Shown in pieces: positions 26,963 through 32,000 of a stretch of 32,000 bases of DNA (position 1 is the stretch's first letter; every line of letters starts with the position of its first letter). A model generated the notes under the pieces. The model was given only the letters and a program-made list of their open reading frames with translations, made no database searches and was not told the DNA's origin. Origin of the DNA: Thermosulfurimonas dismutans (lineage in GTDB: Bacteria; Desulfobacterota; Thermodesulfobacteria; Thermodesulfobacteriales; Thermodesulfobacteriaceae); NCBI RefSeq assembly GCF_001652585.1, contig NZ_LWLG01000001.1, positions 1 to 32,000 of the forward strand, in the 5' to 3' direction. The position numbers were made by a program, and so were the translations under genes.

Positions 26963-29140
26963 TCAGCTTTTGGCCTTTATCATTTCTTCCAGAAATTGTC
27001 GGGCCCCCTTTACATTTTCCAATCGATAACGAGCCTTAGTTAAGCCGTAGCCGATTTTTACCGTAAAACTATCCGAAGGCAAGGCCTCAAAGAGATATTC
27101 ATCTGTCCAGTCATCTCCCATAGCCAGAATAAAATCGTAAGTCCCACGTTCAAGGAAATAGCGTGCCGCTTCCCCCTTATTAATCTCTCGCGGTTTCACC
27201 TCCAGGACCTTGTTTCCCTCAAGCACCATCAAGCCTAGCGGATGCACCAGATCCAAGAGGGCCTCCTTTAGTTCATGGGCCCGCATGTCTCCAAGTTCAG
27301 ATTCCGCTAGCCGGTAATGCCAAACCAAACTGTATCGTTTTTCCTCTATAAAGGAACCAGGGGTACGATCCGTGTAAAGCTCAAGGACGGGACGGACGGT
27401 TTCCTTCCAGTCCTCAGTAAAATCCCCGGTAACAAACCATTTACCATCCTCCCAGATAAAGACTCCATGTTCGGCCACCAAAGAAATAGGTAGATCTCCG
27501 AACCAATTCGAAAGGGTTTCTTGGTCCCGTCCACTGATTAAAACCACCCGGGCCACTTTTGAAAGCCCTCGCAGGAGGTCTTTCAACTCGGGATCGGGGA
27601 AGGCCTTCTCTGGTCGCCCCACAAAGGAGACCAACGTTCCATCATAATCAAGAAAAAAGATGGGATTCTCGGATCTCTTAAAGGCCGAAATCACCTTTTG
27701 CCTCTCGGATCCCGTTAAAAGGAACGATACAAAGTTTTCTTGCGTCTTCTTGACCTCGCCTAAGGCCTGCACAAACTCCTTGGCCCAGCGATGAATGTCG
27801 TAACGCCTCAACCTCTCCTTCATTCGACGATTCCTAACCAGCCGTTCGTCTCTAGGAAGGCTCAAGGCCTCTTTTAAGGCTCCCACGAGGTCTTCAAGAC
27901 TGAAGGGATTCACCAAGATGGCCTCTGAGAGTTCGGCCGCGGCTCCGGCCATTTCACTCAAAATTAAAGTCCCTTTTTCTTCCGGCACAGTGGCCACATA
28001 TTCTTTGGCGATAAGATTCATGCCGTCTCTCAATGGGGTAACCATGGCCACATCTGCAAGATAATAAAGGGCCGCGAGCTCTTTGAAATGGAGGACTCTA
28101 GAAAGGTACCAGATAGGCGTCCAGCCCAGGGTCCCGAAACGCCCGTTTATCCGTCCGATGAGCTCATCCACTTCGCTTTTCAATTCCTGATAGTGCTCCA
28201 CCTCCGTGCGAGAGGGTACTCCCACCAGGATGAGGATAACCTTTTCCCTAAACTCCGGATAGCGCTCAAGAAAGGCTTCGAAAGCCAAAAGGCGTTGAGG
28301 AATACCTTTCGTATAATCCAAACGATCCACCGAAAGGACGATTCGGCGATCTCCTAGCTCTTTTCGGATCTTCTCAATCCGGTCCCGAACCTCCTGATCA
28401 GCCGGGGCCTCGGAAAACTTGCGATAATCGATACTTATGGGAAAGACTTCCACCTTGACGGCCCGGGTTCCGGTAACAATAAGTCCTAACTCGTGTTCAT
28501 AGCCCAGAAGCCGACGAACACTACTCAAGAAATGTCGGGCATAATCAAAGGTGTGAAAACCGATAAGATCTGCTCCCAAGAGGCCTTCCAGTATTTCCCG
28601 ACGCCAGGGTAGAACCCGGAAGACCTCGTAGGACGGGAAAGGAATGTGTAAAAAGAAGCCGATGGTAGCCCGGGGGAGGACCTCTCTCAAGAGTCCGGGA
28701 AGGAGCAATAACTGGTAATCATGAATCCAGATGATCGCTTCCTCATCGGCTATCGAAAGAATGGCTTCCGCATACTTTTCGTTTACCGATCGGTATCCCT
28801 CCCAGAAACGGTGATCGAAGATCGTGTACTGCAGGAAGTAGTGGAAAAGGGGCCAGAGGGTACGGTTAGAAAAACCGTAGTAAAACGTCTCCAGTTCTTC
28901 TTGGGAAAGACACACCGGAAAGCACCTAAGCTCTAATAAAGAGGCCTTAACCTCTTCTTTTTGACCGGAAAAGTCCTCCTCAGGGAGGCCGGGCCAGCCG
29001 AGCCAGAGGGCAGATTCGTTCGTCACCACCGAAGAGAGGGCCGTCGCCAACCCCCCCACACTGGGCTCGAAACGAAATTGATCTTCCACCTGCGTGATAG
29101 TTACCGGAAGCCGATTGGAGACCACAATAAATCGGCTCAA
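26963..29140 (-). CDS. otsA: Bifunctional trehalose-6-phosphate synthase / trehalose-6-phosphate phosphatase (OtsA-OtsB fusion, TPSP)
   Basis: 725 aa. The N-terminal GT20 domain shows IVVSNRLP, IWIHDYQLLLLP, FFLHIPFPS and TPLRDGMNLIAKEY. The C-terminal HAD phosphatase shows FFLDYDGTLV and MGDDWTDE. The TTG start directly abuts the aspS stop and is preceded by GGGAGGAGG. Confidence 0.93.
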   Translation of the reverse strand: MSRFIVVSNRLPVTITQVEDQFRFEPSVGGLATALSSVVTNESALWLGWPGLPEEDFSGQKEEVKASLLELRCFPVCLSQEELETFYYGFSNRTLWPLFHYFLQYTIFDHRFWEGYRSVNEKYAEAILSIADEEAIIWIHDYQLLLLPGLLREVLPRATIGFFLHIPFPSYEVFRVLPWRREILEGLLGADLIGFHTFDYARHFLSSVRRLLGYEHELGLIVTGTRAVKVEVFPISIDYRKFSEAPADQEVRDRIEKIRKELGDRRIVLSVDRLDYTKGIPQRLLAFEAFLERYPEFREKVILILVGVPSRTEVEHYQELKSEVDELIGRINGRFGTLGWTPIWYLSRVLHFKELAALYYLADVAMVTPLRDGMNLIAKEYVATVPEEKGTLILSEMAGAAAELSEAILVNPFSLEDLVGALKEALSLPRDERLVRNRRMKERLRRYDIHRWAKEFVQALGEVKKTQENFVSFLLTGSERQKVISAFKRSENPIFFLDYDGTLVSFVGRPEKAFPDPELKDLLRGLSKVARVVLISGRDQETLSNWFGDLPISLVAEHGVFIWEDGKWFVTGDFTEDWKETVRPVLELYTDRTPGSFIEEKRYSLVWHYRLAESELGDMRAHELKEALLDLVHPLGLMVLEGNKVLEVKPREINKGEAARYFLERGTYDFILAMGDDWTDEYLFEALPSDSFTVKIGYGLTKARYRLENVKGARQFLEEMIKAKS

Positions 29141-30907
29141 TTATTCCTCCTCCCAGCCCGGAAGGAGATGAACCTCCATGAGTTGCTCCATGGTGACCGG
29201 TGCCGGAGCCCCGGTAAGCAAACACTGAGCCCTCTGTGTTTTAGGAAAGGCGATCACTTCCCGGATACTGTTTCTGCCGGCCATGAGCATCACCAAGCGA
29301 TCGAAGCCAAAAGCCAGCCCCCCATGGGGCGGAGCTCCGTATTCCAGGGCCTCAAGCAGGAAGCCAAATTTCTCTTGGGCTTCTTCCTCCGAGATTTTAA
29401 GAAGTTTGAAAACCCTATCTTGAACCTCTTTGCGATGAATACGGATGCTACCCCCTCCGATTTCAATGCCGTTTAAGACCAGATCATAAGCCCGGGAGCG
29501 CACCCTCTCGGGATTTTCTTCTAGAAAAGGCATATCCTCCTCTTTGGGAGAGGTAAAAGGATGGTGCACGGCCACATACCGCCCCTCATCTTCATCCCAT
29601 TCTACCAAGGGAAAATCCACAATCCAACAAAATTTGAAGTCCTTTTCCGGAATTAAATCCAGGCGCTCGGCAAGGTGTTTGCGAAGCTCAGAAAGGGCTT
29701 CGTTTACCACCGAGGGATCGTCGGCCACAAAAAAGAGAGTAGAACCAGGTTTAGGATTAAAAATCTCACGAAGTTTTTGTAAGCTCTCCTCCGAGAAAAA
29801 CTTGACTATGGGGGACTGAAAGCCGTCTTCCCGCACCTTGATCCAGGCCAAGCCCTTGGCCCCGAATTCCCCCACAAAGGCCGTAAGCTCATCAAGTTCT
29901 TTTCGCGAGAAATCCGAAGGCGCACAGAGGCCCTTGATCATCCCGCCCCGTTCTAGGACTTGCGCGAAGACCTTAAAAGAGGTTCCCCGAAAAATGTCTG
30001 AAACCTCTACAAGTTCCAGACCAAAACGTAGATCCGGACGATCAGTCCCATAACGGGAAAGGGCCTCCTCATAGGTGATTCTCGGAAAGGGTCTTTTCAG
30101 TTCTACTCCCAAGGTTTCCCGAAAGATATAAACCATGAGCTCTTCCATTAGGCCCATCACGTCTTCCTCATCCACAAAGGACATCTCGAGATCAAGCTGG
30201 GTGAACTCCGGTTGGCGATCGGCCCGCAGATCCTCGTCCCGGAAACAGCGCACGATCTGATAATATCTTTCCACTCCGGCTACCATGAGGATCTGTTTAA
30301 ATAGCTGAGGTGACTGAGGAAGGGCATAGAACTTACCGGGATAGAGTCGGGAGGGCACTAGATAGTCCCTAGCCCCCTCCGGAGTGCTCTTGGTAAGGAA
30401 AGGGGTCTCGATCTCGAGAAAACCCTGTTCGTTCAAGAACTGCCGAGCCAACTGGGCTACTCGATGACGAAAGATCAGGGGCTCGAGCCCTCCAGGGCGT
30501 CGAAGGTCAAGATAGCGGTACTTGAGTCTCAAGGCCTCTGAGACCGGAACCTCCTCATCCAGAGGAAAAGGTGGGGTCTTAGAGGTATTGAGGACTTCAA
30601 GTTCATGGGCCTCGACTTCGATCTCCCCGGTGGGGAGCTTAGGATTTTCCATGCCCTCCGGACGCCTTCTCACCCGACCTCTCACGGAGAGAACATATTC
30701 CGGCTTCAAACTATGAGCCAATTCATGGGCCTCTGGGGCGGTCTTGGGTTCAAAGACCACCTGGACCACTCCGGATCGATCTCTGAGATCGATAAAGATC
30801 ACTCCTCCATGATCCCTGCGTCTCAAGACCCAACCAGAAAGTATCACTTCCTCGCCAAGGTGATCTGTACACAAAATACCGCAAGGATGCGTGCGTTTGA
30901 GCCCCAT
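29141..30907 (-). CDS. aspS: Aspartate--tRNA ligase (bacterial type)
   Basis: 588 aa with an OB-fold N-terminus (GWVLRRRDHGGVIFIDLRD), class II motifs (FRDEDLRADRQPEFTQLD, GGGSIRIH, GLAFGFDR) and a GAD insertion. GGGAGGTG SD upstream. Confidence 0.96.
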   Translation of the reverse strand: MGLKRTHPCGILCTDHLGEEVILSGWVLRRRDHGGVIFIDLRDRSGVVQVVFEPKTAPEAHELAHSLKPEYVLSVRGRVRRRPEGMENPKLPTGEIEVEAHELEVLNTSKTPPFPLDEEVPVSEALRLKYRYLDLRRPGGLEPLIFRHRVAQLARQFLNEQGFLEIETPFLTKSTPEGARDYLVPSRLYPGKFYALPQSPQLFKQILMVAGVERYYQIVRCFRDEDLRADRQPEFTQLDLEMSFVDEEDVMGLMEELMVYIFRETLGVELKRPFPRITYEEALSRYGTDRPDLRFGLELVEVSDIFRGTSFKVFAQVLERGGMIKGLCAPSDFSRKELDELTAFVGEFGAKGLAWIKVREDGFQSPIVKFFSEESLQKLREIFNPKPGSTLFFVADDPSVVNEALSELRKHLAERLDLIPEKDFKFCWIVDFPLVEWDEDEGRYVAVHHPFTSPKEEDMPFLEENPERVRSRAYDLVLNGIEIGGGSIRIHRKEVQDRVFKLLKISEEEAQEKFGFLLEALEYGAPPHGGLAFGFDRLVMLMAGRNSIREVIAFPKTQRAQCLLTGAPAPVTMEQLMEVHLLPGWEEE

Positions 30908-30985
30908 TTTTCACCTCCCGTAAGTTCTTGCCAAGTAAACTCCACCCCTTCCCCTTCGTCAATCATCTATCGCAGGCCTTTCCCC

Positions 30986-31016
30986 TTGTCAAAGTTTATT
31001 AAGAAGGGTTTATTAT
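30986..31016 (+). promoter_or_regulatory. Candidate sigma70-type promoter for pyrR (TTGTCA-17-TTTATT / TATTAT)
   Basis: -35-like TTGTCA at 30986-30991. -10-like TTTATT at 31009-31014, or TATTAT at 31011-31016. The predicted TSS falls at or next to ATG 31022, and no SD lies in range. By-eye match only. Confidence 0.25.
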
Positions 31017-31021
31017 CTTTT

Positions 31022-31555
31022 ATGAAAGAAAGACTTCTGGCCGGGGCGGAGGAGATAGAACGTACCCTCACCCGCCTTACCCATGAAATCATCGAAAAGA
31101 ATCGAGGCTGTCAAAACCTCATTCTGGTAGGTATCCGCACCGGTGGAGTCCCCATAGCCCGGAGAATTCAAAAAAAGATTGCCGAGATCGAAGGGATAAA
31201 GCTTCCCGTAGGAACTCTTGACATCAGTCTCTACCGGGATGACTGGAGCCGGATCTCCTTCCATCCGGAAGTCAAGAGCACCGAGATTCCGGTACCCATT
31301 GATGACATGGTAGTCATTCTAGTGGACGACGTTATTTTTACCGGTAGAACGGCTCGCGCAGCCCTGGATGCCCTCATGGACTTCGGTCGACCGCGACGGG
31401 TGGAACTGGCCGTCCTGGTAGATCGAGGTCACCGAGAACTACCCATCGAACCTAACTACGTGGGCTTCCGCATTCCCACACATCCCGAAGAACATGTAAA
31501 CGTGAGGTTGAAAGAGCTTGAAGGCCAAGACCTCATCGTTCTCGAAACCCCCTAG
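31022..31555 (+). CDS. pyrR: Bifunctional pyrimidine operon regulator / uracil phosphoribosyltransferase PyrR
   Basis: 177 aa. The N-terminus MKERLLAGAEEIERTLTRLTHEIIEKNRG aligns with PyrR. PRTase motif VVILVDDVIFTGRTARAA. The ORF track's upstream extension to 30605 runs antisense to aspS and is spurious. Confidence 0.92.
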   Translation: MKERLLAGAEEIERTLTRLTHEIIEKNRGCQNLILVGIRTGGVPIARRIQKKIAEIEGIKLPVGTLDISLYRDDWSRISFHPEVKSTEIPVPIDDMVVILVDDVIFTGRTARAALDALMDFGRPRRVELAVLVDRGHRELPIEPNYVGFRIPTHPEEHVNVRLKELEGQDLIVLETP

Positions 31556-31590
31556 ATATTTGCTACTTTTTTCACAAATAAAAGTTTCAC

Positions 31591-31620
31591 TTGTCGACTT
31601 CCGGAAAAATGGAGTAAAAT
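31591..31620 (+). promoter_or_regulatory. Candidate sigma70-type promoter for thiC (TTGTCG-18-TAAAAT)
   Basis: TTGTCG at 31591-31596 and TAAAAT at 31615-31620, with an 18-nt spacer. This would give a leader of about 26 nt carrying the GGAG SD. By-eye match only. Confidence 0.25.
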
Positions 31621-31652
31621 TAAAGTCTAATTCGTGAAAAGGAGAACAAGGA

Positions 31653-32000
31653 ATGATGACCCTTAAAGAAAAGGCCGCGCATGGGGAAATTTCGGAAGAA
31701 GTGCGGTTTTGTGCCGAACGAGAGGGGGTGTCTGCCGAAAGACTTTCGGAGGGGGTGGCCTCGGGACGGGTAGTCATACCGTGGAATCGAAAAAACCGAC
31801 TGGAAAAACCCTGCGCCATTGGTGAGGGCTTGAAAACCAAGATCAACGCCAATCTAGGGACCTCCAAGGATGCTCCGGATCCCGAAAAGGAGCTCGAGAA
31901 GCTTCGGGTGGCCTTAGAGGCCGGAGCGGACACCATTATGGACCTTTCCACCGGGGGTCCCATAGACGAGGTAAGAAAACTCATCCGAGAACACTGTCCG
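31653..32000 (+). CDS. thiC: Phosphomethylpyrimidine synthase ThiC, 5' fragment (runs off window)
   Basis: Absent from the ORF track because it has no stop in the window. My translation (MMTLKEKAAHGEISEEVRFCAEREGVSAERLSEGVASGRVVIPWN...KTKINANLGTSKD...AGADTIMDLSTGG) matches the short-form ThiC N-terminus. GGAG SD lies 8 nt upstream of ATG 31653. Confidence 0.9.
   Translation, partial: MMTLKEKAAHGEISEEVRFCAEREGVSAERLSEGVASGRVVIPWNRKNRLEKPCAIGEGLKTKINANLGTSKDAPDPEKELEKLRVALEAGADTIMDLSTGGPIDEVRKLIREHCP

Noticed and set aside
30605-31021. The upstream extension of the pyrR ORF (316 aa in the track).
   Set aside because: It runs antisense through the aspS 5' end. The PyrR alignment begins exactly at ATG 31022.
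31557-31580. A short inverted repeat TATTTG-N12-CAAATA just after the pyrR stop, as a possible terminator.
   Set aside because: The stem is only 6 bp and almost all A/T, with a 12-nt loop. It would be unstable, especially in a thermophile, so it is not a credible intrinsic terminator.
1-32000. A search for mobile elements, CRISPR arrays, tRNA/rRNA/tmRNA genes, toxin-antitoxin pairs and defence-system hallmarks.
   Set aside because: No intergenic region exceeds about 115 bp. I saw no repeat-spacer periodicity, terminal inverted repeats, integrase/transposase/nuclease-helicase-like ORFs, or a compositional island. The window reads as core genome.

Overview
This window is a densely packed (>95% coding) core-housekeeping region of a compact bacterial genome. 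I saw no tRNA or rRNA genes, CRISPR array, transposase, integrase, phage genes or recognisable defence system. Charged-residue-rich proteins, strong GGAGG-type Shine-Dalgarno (SD) sites, an archaeal-type TreT and a short-form ThiC suggest a thermophile. That is inference only, and the lineage cannot be set from this sequence.

I support 32 CDS:
- Plus-strand block: rlmH, a lipoprotein, coaBC, an M24 peptidase.
- A divergent HDOD / HPP gene pair.
- hrcA-grpE-dnaK (minus strand), divergent from htpX, an M48 lipoprotein protease and an MsbA-like ABC exporter.
- An 11.8-kb, 13-gene co-directional minus-strand array: proS, DsrE-like, DUF1614-like, trpB, trpA, aroB, dapF, dapA, a secreted protein, dapB, mrp, DUF364, rsmE. 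Six junctions are 4-nt start/stop overlaps.
- pdxA.
- A minus-strand aspS, otsA-otsB fusion (TPSP), unknown 227-aa protein, treT unit.
- pyrR and the 5' end of thiC.

I found no clear novel multi-gene system. The best leads are:
- An internally duplicated, uncharacterised 227-aa protein sitting between two different trehalose-synthesis enzymes.
- A Cys-bearing DsrE-like protein plus a DUF1614-like membrane protein, coupled to proS.
- A secreted protein inserted between dapA and dapB.
- A 12-bp tandem repeat plus palindrome in the HDOD/HPP divergent promoter region.
- Missing expected cis-elements: no CIRCE upstream of hrcA and no TPP riboswitch upstream of thiC.
- All four convergent gene junctions overlap or nearly touch, leaving no room for terminators.

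All family assignments come from motif recognition by eye, not database searches.
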